24,000 nucleotides of DNA from Promethearchaeia archaeon (lineage in GTDB: Archaea > Asgardarchaeota > Lokiarchaeia > Sigyniarchaeales > SOKP01), in contig JAHQWG010000016.1 of the NCBI GenBank assembly GCA_029856045.1, forward strand, positions 227,921-251,920, written 5' to 3'. A model generated the notes under the pieces. The model saw only the letters and a program-made list of their open reading frames with translations, was not told the DNA's origin and ran no database searches. A program made the translations under genes and the position numbers. Numbering within the stretch: the stretch's first letter is position 1; every line of letters starts with the position of its first letter. This document shows, piece after piece, positions 9,808 through 18,048 of the stretch.

Positions 9808-10023
9808 CTATAAGAAGTAAATAAATATTAATGCAATTGAAATCGGTACAATACATAAAATAAGAAGAAATAATAACCAACTCTTGGTCCAATTTATAAA
9901 ACTATTTGGATATAAAATTGCGTTACATTCTGGGCATCGCTGAATACTCTTATCAATAATTTCTAATTTACAATTCCAACAAAGAGTCTTTTTAAAATAT
10001 TCTTCTTTTTTCAATGAAAACAA
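9808..10023 (-). CDS. Small zinc-ribbon protein with C-terminal TM anchor
   Basis: 71 aa; CWNCKLEI..RCPECNAILYP followed by a single hydrophobic helix at the C-terminus. Confidence 0.6.
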   Translation of the reverse strand: MFSLKKEEYFKKTLCWNCKLEIIDKSIQRCPECNAILYPNSFINWTKSWLLFLLILCIVPISIALIFIYFL

Positions 10024-10108
10024 TCTTAATTTTATTGAATATTAATTAAAACCAATAAACATTAATACTTATATTATTGGAATAAAATATTTTATATAAA
10101 AAATTTAG

Positions 10109-10939
10109 TTGTTGATAATGTCTGGTTATATAGGTAAATCAATTAGACTTGAAAGAATTATGGATAGAAATACCAGAAAAACAATCATTATACCCTTAGA
10201 TCACGGCTTAACTGTTGGACCTGTTAAAGGATTAGAGAATAATTTAGGAGAAATAGTTAATAAAATTGCTGAGGGTGGTGCAAATGCTGTTTTAGGTCAT
10301 ATAGGCATACCATTATATGCCCACAGGAAATATGGTCAAGATATTGGTTTAATACTTCATTTATCAGGTTCAACTAATTTAAGTCCTAATCCAAATTATA
10401 AGGTTTTGACTAATAATGTTAATGATGCCTTGAAAATGGGTGCTGATTGTGTTTCAATTCATATTAATTTGGGAACAGATACAGATCCAGAGATGCTTCA
10501 AACTTTGGGCTCTCTCTCAAGAGAATGCAGAGAATGGGGAATGCCACTTTTAGCAATGATGTATCCTAGAGGTGAAAAAATCATAAAAGATGGCAAAGAT
10601 GAATATGATGTTGATGTGGTTAAAATTGCCGCAAGAGTTGCTGCTGAACTCGGTGCAGATATTGTAAAAACAAACTGGACTGGTGATATTGATTCTTTCA
10701 AAGAAGTTGTGAAAGGATGTATGGCTCCCGTGATTATTGCTGGAGGTGAAAAGCGAGGTCTTTGGGGGATTTTAGAGATAACTAAAGCATCAATAGACGC
10801 AGGAGGTTCAGGTGTTGCTTATGGTAGGAACGTGTTTCAAGCAGATGATCCAACGGCAGTTGTAAAAGCATTAGCCCTTATCGTTCATCAAGGGTACGAA
10901 GTGGAAGAAGCGGTAAGAGAAGTAAATCTTTCAGTATAA
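10109..10939 (+). CDS. 2-amino-3,7-dideoxy-D-threo-hept-6-ulosonate synthase-like / archaeal class I aldolase family
   Basis: 276 aa; [66 protein letters not shown] typical of ADHS/archaeal class I FBP aldolase. Confidence 0.9.
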   Translation: MLIMSGYIGKSIRLERIMDRNTRKTIIIPLDHGLTVGPVKGLENNLGEIVNKIAEGGANAVLGHIGIPLYAHRKYGQDIGLILHLSGSTNLSPNPNYKVLTNNVNDALKMGADCVSIHINLGTDTDPEMLQTLGSLSRECREWGMPLLAMMYPRGEKIIKDGKDEYDVDVVKIAARVAAELGADIVKTNWTGDIDSFKEVVKGCMAPVIIAGGEKRGLWGILEITKASIDAGGSGVAYGRNVFQADDPTAVVKALALIVHQGYEVEEAVREVNLSV

Positions 10940-10971
10940 ATTTAAATAGAAATGAGAAGAGAATAGTAAAG

Positions 10972-11337
10972 ATGAATATAATTGCTGAAAAGAAGGTTCA
11001 AATAGATAATATTACTATTTATCTTACTTTACTAAAATTATATCGAGGCTATGTTCTTTTTATATCTGATCAAGAAAATTTTGGATTAGGTTCTATTACT
11101 TTAAGCACACCACCTTTAAATGATGTTCTAAAATCAACATCTGTTTCGTATCAACTGTTTGGAATGGAACATAACTTATTATCTAAAATGATTGTAGAAA
11201 AAGCAGCGAGTAATTTAAAAGAACCAGTTATATTATTATTTTTTTTAAAGGAAAAAGAAAAGGAGAAGGAACTCATTAAGCCAATTATAACATTGCTCAA
11301 TCAAATTTTAGAGGAATATGAGAATTTTAAAAAATAA
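10972..11337 (+). CDS. Proteasome assembly chaperone 3/4-like small protein (putative)
   Basis: 121 aa; LLKLYRGYVLFISDQENFGLGSITLSTP...VLKSTSVSYQLFGMEHNLLSKMIVEKAASNLKEPVILLFFLKE; order of motifs recalls PSMG3/PSMG4. By eye only. Confidence 0.5.
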   Translation: MNIIAEKKVQIDNITIYLTLLKLYRGYVLFISDQENFGLGSITLSTPPLNDVLKSTSVSYQLFGMEHNLLSKMIVEKAASNLKEPVILLFFLKEKEKEKELIKPIITLLNQILEEYENFKK

Positions 11338-11438
11338 TGACAATAGGAATAAATTAGTATGATACTTCAAATTCCTCCTTCAAAATTTCTTTGAATTTAA
11401 TAAATATCATCCAAAAAATCTAGAAAGTAGGGATATAA

Positions 11439-11654
11439 ATGAGTATTGATTGGATTCCAGCAAGAAAAATTACTCCAAAAGAAAGGGGGAATAGAGGAAT
11501 TTTTCCATCACATAAAGTTCCAAGCGGATTTGCGGGATATGAGTCGTGCTTAGAACGGGATATCATACTATTGTTACATCACGCTCCTGATGTTAAGAGA
11601 TTCCAACATCAACCTAAAACAATAGTCTATAAGAATAGCAAAGGTTGGTTCTAA
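11439..11654 (+). pseudogene. Truncated TnsA-like endonuclease N-terminus (71 aa)
   Basis: ERGNRGIFPSHKVPSGFAGYESCLERDIILLLHHAPDVKRFQHQPKTIVY matches the TnsA/TnsA-like N-terminal pattern (GxFPSxK...ESxLERDxxxLLxxxPxVxxfxxQPxxI) but stops before the expected catalytic core. Confidence 0.55.
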
Positions 11655-11689
11655 AAAGGTAGAAGAAAAAGCATAAAGAAAGATAAAGG

Positions 11690-12661
11690 TTAAGGCCTAA
11701 GCAGTCTCACCGTGGAGGATCCACCCCAACTCCTAGTGCAAAGCCTATTGCCTGGACGGTGCGAATCCAAACGAGCCCGCCCAAAGTCTCGATGCCACCA
11801 CCCAGTCGGCACAAGGTCACTTTTTACACGTTTTACATATTTTACATATTGACCAAGAAACCATAAGGCATTGTTATCATACCTGTCATTACTTACTTCA
11901 TTGGTTGTTTCGAGGTGGAAAAGAAATTTTGTAATAAAATCTTCAAGTGTTTTTCCTGTTTCTCCTTGATAAGCTTGCGTCTGTAATGTTCGTAAGTAAT
12001 CACGAGGAGAAGAGCCTATTTCTAATTGTCTTCTGCCTCCTAATGTCTTTCCTCGGCCTTGTTGAGGCATAATGGGTAAACTTTCAACTAATCCCACAGA
12101 CCAGCCTGGAACGGCACAAATACGTCCATTATTGACTACTTCTAATTTGGTCTGTCCCCGATGATTGCTTGAATATTCTTGAGGAAAATATACAAGCTCG
12201 TCTGTATCTAGTGCCTGTCTTAAGGTATCCCATATCCAGACATGTTTTTCGGTATTGACACGAACAGGTATTAAAGGATCAGAAGGAGAATGTCTGGTTT
12301 GATAAATCTTTCCTTCTGCTGCGTGTTTAAGAATAGCTGCTTTCATTCGATCAATAAGAAGGGATGTTGGCATTGTCATGGGTGTTAGCTCTAAACGATC
12401 AAACCCTTGTGGAACTTTTCTACCTACAAGCTCTCTATTATGATCAAATAGTTCTACAACCTGTTCTTGGGTTGGTATTGGATACTCTTTTCCATCTATT
12501 CCAATCACCCCAATGCTTTCTGATTTCGGAAGAAGCGTGAGAATGCCGGTGCGGTTTAAGGCGGTAACGCAACGGGCATATTCCCTTTCAACAGGAAATA
12601 ACTGTTCTGATTGAGGATCTCCTTCCATGTGCGCTGATGCGTCTATAGGTTGTTTTGACAT
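11690..12661 (-). CDS. Uncharacterised foreign-looking protein; C-terminal ~45 aa probably not native
   Basis: 323 aa ORF with clearly higher GC than flanking genes; coherent protein-like sequence to about ..NNALWFLGQYVKYVKRVK, then low-quality tail (SDLVPTGWWHRDFGRARLDSHRPG...); no family recognised. Confidence 0.5.
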   Translation of the reverse strand: MSKQPIDASAHMEGDPQSEQLFPVEREYARCVTALNRTGILTLLPKSESIGVIGIDGKEYPIPTQEQVVELFDHNRELVGRKVPQGFDRLELTPMTMPTSLLIDRMKAAILKHAAEGKIYQTRHSPSDPLIPVRVNTEKHVWIWDTLRQALDTDELVYFPQEYSSNHRGQTKLEVVNNGRICAVPGWSVGLVESLPIMPQQGRGKTLGGRRQLEIGSSPRDYLRTLQTQAYQGETGKTLEDFITKFLFHLETTNEVSNDRYDNNALWFLGQYVKYVKRVKSDLVPTGWWHRDFGRARLDSHRPGNRLCTRSWGGSSTVRLLRP

Positions 12662-12971
12662 ACCCTATTATACCATTTTTTAGTTAGATTGTCATAACTA
12701 ACTAATATATTTAAAGATTATTATAAAGTGTTAGTTGTGTCAATAAGTTTCGATTATAAACATACAGGAAATGACAAAAAGTTTATTGAAGTTAAGTATT
12801 TGTATTGATTAGTATAAAACTATTAGGAAGTTGGATATTTAAATTCATTACTAAAATTTGGACATTCATTGCCAATAATTACCAAGTGCATTGCTATTAT
12901 TATTTAAAATAATCAGAATATAAAAGTAAAAAAAAATTAATAAATTTATTATATTACGAGGATTTCCTGAA

Positions 12972-13280
12972 TTGAAAAAATTCATTCTTACAAATATCTT
13001 TGGAAATACGGTTCGAATTAAAATTCTTGAACTTCTTCTCGATAATATTTTAAAAAAAGAGGTTGAATGGGAGTTTATCTCTAAAATTGCTAAAGAAGCC
13101 GGAATATCTACTTCATCTTCAAAGCGGGTTATTGATTCACTCATAGAATCTAATATTGTCGATGAATTACCAATTAAAACTCATGCAAAAAATCCAAAAA
13201 GAAGCATTCGATTAAATTTAGACAATAAAATCGTTAACGAGCTAATCTTTTTTTACCGGAAAATCCGAGCCTTTAAATAA
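12972..13280 (+). CDS. Winged-helix/HTH transcriptional regulator-like protein
   Basis: 102 aa from TTG; FGNTVRIKILELLLDN...EFISKIAKEAGISTSSSKRVIDSLIESNIVDE consistent with an ArsR-like winged helix. Confidence 0.6.
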   Translation: MKKFILTNIFGNTVRIKILELLLDNILKKEVEWEFISKIAKEAGISTSSSKRVIDSLIESNIVDELPIKTHAKNPKRSIRLNLDNKIVNELIFFYRKIRAFK

Positions 13281-13296
13281 ATATTCATTTTTTAAA

Positions 13297-13461
13297 TGCA
13301 GGGAGTGGGATTCGAACCCACGAAGAGCTATCTCACCGGATATCCCATCTGAAATTAGTAAGATCAACGGAAATCATATTAATTAGATCTTGAGTCCAGC
13401 TAATGAGAAAGTTTTTTTCCCAAAAGAGTCCGGCACCGTTGACCAACTTGGTTATCCCTGC
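13297..13461 (-). tRNA. tRNA-Leu(CAA), class II, with two introns (13394-13427 and 13342-13388)
   Basis: Acceptor GCAGGGA/TCCCTGC with A73; D arm ACC/GGT; anticodon stem CCGGA/TCCGG with loop CTCAAGA after removing both introns; variable arm GAG-ATAG-CTC; T arm GTGGG-TTCGAAT-CCCAC; mature 84 nt; CCA not encoded. Confidence 0.9.
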
Positions 13462-13761
13462 TTGAAGAATTTTTAAATAAAATAATATTTCAATAAATAA
13501 AAATTATTTTATAATCACTTTTAACAGTCTTAGTCATAACACCTTATTCATAGGATTTATATTTACTAAGCTTGGTTATCTCTGCACTTTTTTAAATAGT
13601 ATAATTTATTTTCATTAAAAATTCTTACGAATAATTATTAGTTTAACATAGTTTTAAATTCAAGATCAATCGAAAAAAGAAGATAACCTGTGACGTACGC
13701 CTACGGGGGTTGGAATCCCTCATATTGCATATTTTAAATAATCTTTTCTTTTGATTTAGAA

Positions 13762-13983
13762 CTATTGTAAAAGGAACATGACAATGAAGATAACTACCAT
13801 CATACCAATTAAAAAATACATCTGAATTTTGGATTTTTTTTTCTTTTTTTTCTCATAAGATTTTGCAGAATCCTTACATCCTTGACCACAATATTGCTTA
13901 CCTTCTGGTATAGCCCTTCCACAGACAATACAATGTTCATGGGGACCGTATTTTTTTTGTATTTTTTCTTTCCAACTTGACAA
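13762..13983 (-). CDS. Small zinc-ribbon protein with C-terminal TM helix (DUF2116-like)
   Basis: 73 aa; HCIVCGRAIPEGKQYCGQGCKD then Lys-rich stretch and C-terminal hydrophobic helix. Confidence 0.65.
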   Translation of the reverse strand: MSSWKEKIQKKYGPHEHCIVCGRAIPEGKQYCGQGCKDSAKSYEKKKKKKSKIQMYFLIGMMVVIFIVMFLLQ

Positions 13984-14043
13984 TAACTTAGACTCCTAAT
14001 AATAATTATAGATAAATAATAAAATAAAATTAAAAAGGTTTGT

Positions 14044-14760
14044 TCAATTATAACCAGGTTTAATAACCGTACCAATTCCAGATGGATTTCCATCTAAAAT
14101 GTTTTTTAGCTGGGTTAAATCCTTCCCCGAAAAAATTCTTACATTTAAATTACTTCTTTTTAATATTTGCAAGGATACAGCATCAAATATGCGATATTCA
14201 CCAGCTGCTGCTTGATTATTGCTAGATGATTCCAGAATAAGATTTTGAAGTTCAGTTTTTGTTAATTCATCAAACTTTGTAGCATCTGGGAATTTCTTTG
14301 GATCTTTATTAAAAATGCCTTCAACATCGGTCATAATTAAAAGCTCATCTGCATTTAAAAATTCTGAGACTTCTAATGCAACTGAAGTAGTAGATTGACC
14401 CGGTTGTAATCCGCCAAGCACCAAAATTTTATTAAATAACATATTTTTTGCTAAATCTTCTATTGTTTCTAATACTATAGGAAAAGATGCATTTCCCAGT
14501 CCTTCAATTATCAATTTAGCATTTAACCTTGAGATGTAAATACCCATTAAATCACATTTTGATTCATTTACGCCAAATTCCTTGAGTGTTTGAATATATT
14601 TTCTAGCAATATTTCCCCCCCCACAAACAATGGCTAAAATATTATCTTTAGATCTGATCAAATCGCAAAACTTTTTAATTTTTATAGAATTAATATTATC
14701 TCCTTTAAATAAAAGGGATCCTCCAATTTTTATAACTCTTTTAAGAGACATTAATTTCAC
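14044..14760 (-). CDS. pyrH: Uridylate kinase (archaeal UMP kinase)
   Basis: 238 aa amino acid kinase family; KIGGSL, VCGGGNIARKYI, LGGLQPGQSTTSVALEVSEFLNADELLIMTDVEGIF-KDP. Confidence 0.9.
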   Translation of the reverse strand: MKLMSLKRVIKIGGSLLFKGDNINSIKIKKFCDLIRSKDNILAIVCGGGNIARKYIQTLKEFGVNESKCDLMGIYISRLNAKLIIEGLGNASFPIVLETIEDLAKNMLFNKILVLGGLQPGQSTTSVALEVSEFLNADELLIMTDVEGIFNKDPKKFPDATKFDELTKTELQNLILESSSNNQAAAGEYRIFDAVSLQILKRSNLNVRIFSGKDLTQLKNILDGNPSGIGTVIKPGYN

Positions 14761-14829
14761 AATAACTTATTTAGATTATTAAAACCTTGTAATATTAATT
14801 AGAAAATATATAAAAAAAGCTTTCTATAT

Positions 14830-15789
14830 ATGTCAGTAAATAAATCAGAAATTTTAGTTAAAGTACCTCTCAGAATTTCTGGGTTTTTTCAAATTGTTGA
14901 TGAAATTAATGGAGTTAAAATTAAAAACCCAGAGAAAATCGGTTCTCGAGGAGCAGGTTTTTGTTTAACTGCATTTGGATATACAAGAATCTCAATCCAA
15001 GATATAGAATCTTCTAAAGAAAATAAAGTTGAAATTTTTATTAATGGACAAGAGCAAACTGAGAATGCACAGACTACATACTATATATACTCATATCTAA
15101 GGGATTTTTTTAAAAAAAACGTGAAATTGAGAATTGATCACAAATTTGACCTTCCTGTTGGTTGTGGTTATGGAGCAAGCGGTTCAGGAGCCATTGGTAC
15201 AGCATTAGGAATTAATTTTCTTATGGATTTAAATTTACCCTATGATGATCTTGGAAAAATTGCTCATATTGCAGAAGTAGAGAATAAAACTGGATTAGGT
15301 ACTGTAGCAGGTCTATGGCATGGAGGATTTAGTATAATTTTAAAAGCAGGATTTCCATTTTTTGTAAAAAAAATTTCTTATCCTCAAAACTTAAAGATAA
15401 TATGTGGTACATTTGGTGAAATACAAACCAAATCAATTTTATCAGATCCTTTATTAAGTTCAAAAATAAAAGAGGTTGGAAAGAAAGCTATGAAAAATAT
15501 ATTAAAATCTCCTGATATTTTCACTTTTTTGGATGAATCCATTAATTTTGTAAAGAAAACAGATTTTTTAAATCTTCTAAATCTTTCTGAATGTCAAGAA
15601 TTAATGAATTCTCTAAATAAACTGAAAAATGTGAAAGCAAGTATGAATCAATTAGGAAAATCAATATTTACTATATGTTTTCCTGAAGAATTCATTGATA
15701 TTATTGAAATTTATGAATCCTACAAACCACAAGTTAAAATTTTCGATTTAGAAATAAATCCTAGTGGACCGGTAATTTTAAATCAGTAA
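14830..15789 (+). CDS. Pantoate kinase (GHMP family)
   Basis: 319 aa; PLRISGFFQIVD...IGSRGAGFCLTAFGYT, GCGYGASGSGAIGTALGINF, HIAEVENKTGLGTVAGLWHGG typical of archaeal pantoate kinase. Confidence 0.87.
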   Translation: MSVNKSEILVKVPLRISGFFQIVDEINGVKIKNPEKIGSRGAGFCLTAFGYTRISIQDIESSKENKVEIFINGQEQTENAQTTYYIYSYLRDFFKKNVKLRIDHKFDLPVGCGYGASGSGAIGTALGINFLMDLNLPYDDLGKIAHIAEVENKTGLGTVAGLWHGGFSIILKAGFPFFVKKISYPQNLKIICGTFGEIQTKSILSDPLLSSKIKEVGKKAMKNILKSPDIFTFLDESINFVKKTDFLNLLNLSECQELMNSLNKLKNVKASMNQLGKSIFTICFPEEFIDIIEIYESYKPQVKIFDLEINPSGPVILNQ

Positions 15790-15819
15790 TTACTGTAATT
15801 TGATTTAAAAATTATATTT

Positions 15820-17091
15820 TTAAAAATCAATTATAAATCTTAATATTCCTACAACCCCACCAAAAGTGTGTAGTATCATCTCCCCATCTTCTGTGTTTGT
15901 AGATATAATTTCAATATTTGTTCCTGAAGTCTCAGCCAATTCGCCTAATTCTTCTATTAATGATTCTTCTTTAGTAATATTAAACAAACTAGAATGGCAT
16001 TTTGGACATGAAGTATTTTGAATTTCTTCCTTTACTTTTTTTAACTTTTCTAATTTCACAGTTCTTGTTTCTGAATATTTACATGCCTGGCATTCAATTT
16101 TTAAATTAATAAGATCTAAATCCTCTGAGAATATTAAATATTCTAATGATCCATAATTTAAAGCTTTTCTAATCTCCTCTTCACCATAAACTGCTTTACC
16201 TGTTTCTCTTGCTAATTCCCCCAAAAATCTTTGAACAATTTCTTTTTCGCGTATATATTTTACATTTTTAATATCATCTTTTATTTTTAAAACTAAAGGT
16301 CTTATTCCTTCCTTACCACCATAGCCGAGATCAACGGTATTTATAATTTCTTCTCTTAGTCGATAATCTAAACTCCCATCCTTTACAAATTCATTTTTTG
16401 TAAAACCTGGACCACCAATAAAGATCCCTTTTAATTCATCAATATTTAAAAAAACCTCGTTGCAATAATTAGCAACGCGTCTAATAAATCTTATTTTTCC
16501 TTCTTCTATAAGCCGAGAGAATCTTACCGATGATTGACCTCCAGCTCTATGTTTACTATGTGTTCCAGAGGTAAAATCCTTTAAAATTTTTATATAACTT
16601 CCTTTCAAATATCCAACGGCTGCTTCCCCTCTATCAATAACAATCAAACCATATACATCATGTTCCTCTACCATATATTCTAAAGGTTCTAAAAAAAATT
16701 CACTAGCACAATGATACTTGAAGATAGTAACTTTTTCAGGAGGCTCTAATAAATAGATCTCATTTTTTTCCGTACCTGGAGCATTTCCTTGTGGTATTGC
16801 TCCAGAAAACATTATAAATCCATTTTCAGGAATTTCTTTAAAATTTTTTAACTGCCCTTGTAAACTTGCAATGCTATCTAAAACATTCTTTCGAGTTAAT
16901 TTTGACTTGATATTTTGACTTTCAGCAATCTCGTTTTTAAGATAATTGGTAACGTCTGAAAGTTTTCGATCATGGGGGATGTATAAACTAATTAATTCTG
17001 TATGAAAGCCTTTCTTTTTACGTAAAAAATCTAATAATTTTTTTGTCTTAAATCTCTTTAAGTCTTGACTCTTTATTGATCTTTCTGACAT
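15820..17091 (-). CDS. prf1: Archaeal peptide chain release factor aRF1
   Basis: 423 aa; GGQ motif HRAGGQSSVRFSRLIEE, VISLYIP-like N-terminus, GGPGFTKNEF. Confidence 0.96.
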   Translation of the reverse strand: MSERSIKSQDLKRFKTKKLLDFLRKKKGFHTELISLYIPHDRKLSDVTNYLKNEIAESQNIKSKLTRKNVLDSIASLQGQLKNFKEIPENGFIMFSGAIPQGNAPGTEKNEIYLLEPPEKVTIFKYHCASEFFLEPLEYMVEEHDVYGLIVIDRGEAAVGYLKGSYIKILKDFTSGTHSKHRAGGQSSVRFSRLIEEGKIRFIRRVANYCNEVFLNIDELKGIFIGGPGFTKNEFVKDGSLDYRLREEIINTVDLGYGGKEGIRPLVLKIKDDIKNVKYIREKEIVQRFLGELARETGKAVYGEEEIRKALNYGSLEYLIFSEDLDLINLKIECQACKYSETRTVKLEKLKKVKEEIQNTSCPKCHSSLFNITKEESLIEELGELAETSGTNIEIISTNTEDGEMILHTFGGVVGILRFIIDF

Positions 17092-17158
17092 TTAATAACC
17101 TTACTAAAAAAATATCTGTAATAAAATTAATATTTTTTTATATTTTATTATATTTAAG

Positions 17159-17962
17159 ATGAACCAACCGAATGAAGATATTGACTTCATCCCAGATTCA
17201 CATCCTCGTGCAAAATCTCTTAGAGAAAGACACAAAATAATAAAAGGAATGAAAAATTCAGTAGTTGCAGAAGCCGGATTAATTGCTCATGGTAGAGGTG
17301 AAGCTTTTGATTACATTCTTGGAGAAAAAACAAATCCACCGGCGGTAAAAGCAATGAATGCTGCTATAGCTATGTTAATACTTGCAAAAAATCCTATAAT
17401 AAGTGTAAATGGAAATACAGCAGTATTAATTTCTAAGGAATTAGTTAAGTTATCCAAAATGCTCAATTCTAAATTAGAAATAAATTTATTTTATCGAAAA
17501 GAAGGACGAGTTGAAGCGATTAAAAATATGTTAGTAAAGGCAGGTGCAGAAGAAATTTTAGGAATAAACGAAACCGAAATGGTCGAGATTGAAGAATTGA
17601 TGAGTAATCGTAGAAGAGTTGACCCTAATGGAATAAAAATCGCAGATGTGGTATTTGTTCCCTTAGAAGATGGTGATAGAACAGAAGCATTGAAGAAATT
17701 AGGAAAAAAAGTGATTGCAGTTGATCTTAATCCATTAAGTCGAACATCCATTAATGCTGATATAACTATTGTAGATAACATAATCCGAGTAGTACCTAAA
17801 ATGATTGAGATCGCCAAGAAATTAAAGGAGTATACCAAAAAAAGATTAAATGAAATAATATTAAAATTTAATAATAAAAAAAATATTAACACTATGTTAA
17901 ATTTAATAAAAGAATATCTAGAAAAACAAAAAGAAGATACTTTCAAAATATTAGAGTATTAG
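17159..17962 (+). CDS. 4-phosphopantoate--beta-alanine ligase (archaeal phosphopantothenate synthetase)
   Basis: 267 aa; IPDSHPRAKSLRERHKIIKGMKNSVVAEAGLIAHGRGEAFDYILGE, NPISVNGNTAVL-like, VDLNPLSRTSINADITIVDNIIR. Confidence 0.92.
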   Translation: MNQPNEDIDFIPDSHPRAKSLRERHKIIKGMKNSVVAEAGLIAHGRGEAFDYILGEKTNPPAVKAMNAAIAMLILAKNPIISVNGNTAVLISKELVKLSKMLNSKLEINLFYRKEGRVEAIKNMLVKAGAEEILGINETEMVEIEELMSNRRRVDPNGIKIADVVFVPLEDGDRTEALKKLGKKVIAVDLNPLSRTSINADITIVDNIIRVVPKMIEIAKKLKEYTKKRLNEIILKFNNKKNINTMLNLIKEYLEKQKEDTFKILEY

Positions 17963-18048
17963 CCTAATATTATGGAAATAAAAAAAAAATCATTATTTAA
18001 ATTAAAAAAAAAATTTATATCTAGTAAATCTTTAAATATATTAAGAAC

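Noticed and set aside
10498-10701. 67 aa minus-strand ORF
   Set aside because: Antisense to the aldolase/ADHS gene, no recognisable features.
11750-11790. Possible tRNA T-arm (GGTGCGAATCC) in the GC-rich junction segment
   Set aside because: No matching T stem, acceptor or anticodon arm could be built around it; also considered a group II intron 5' end but no domain V or RT is present.
12866-13144. 92 aa minus-strand ORF
   Set aside because: Overlaps the winged-helix ORF and continues into AT-rich spacer; the plus-strand translation is the convincing one.
13281-13500. Single-intron interpretation of tRNA-Leu with the anticodon read directly after CCGGACT (CTT)
   Set aside because: CTT would be a Lys anticodon, inconsistent with the class II variable arm and A73; the two-intron model restores CAA and a correct loop.
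17491-17946. 151 aa minus-strand ORF
   Set aside because: Antisense to the phosphopantothenate synthetase gene; low-complexity translation typical of shadow ORFs.
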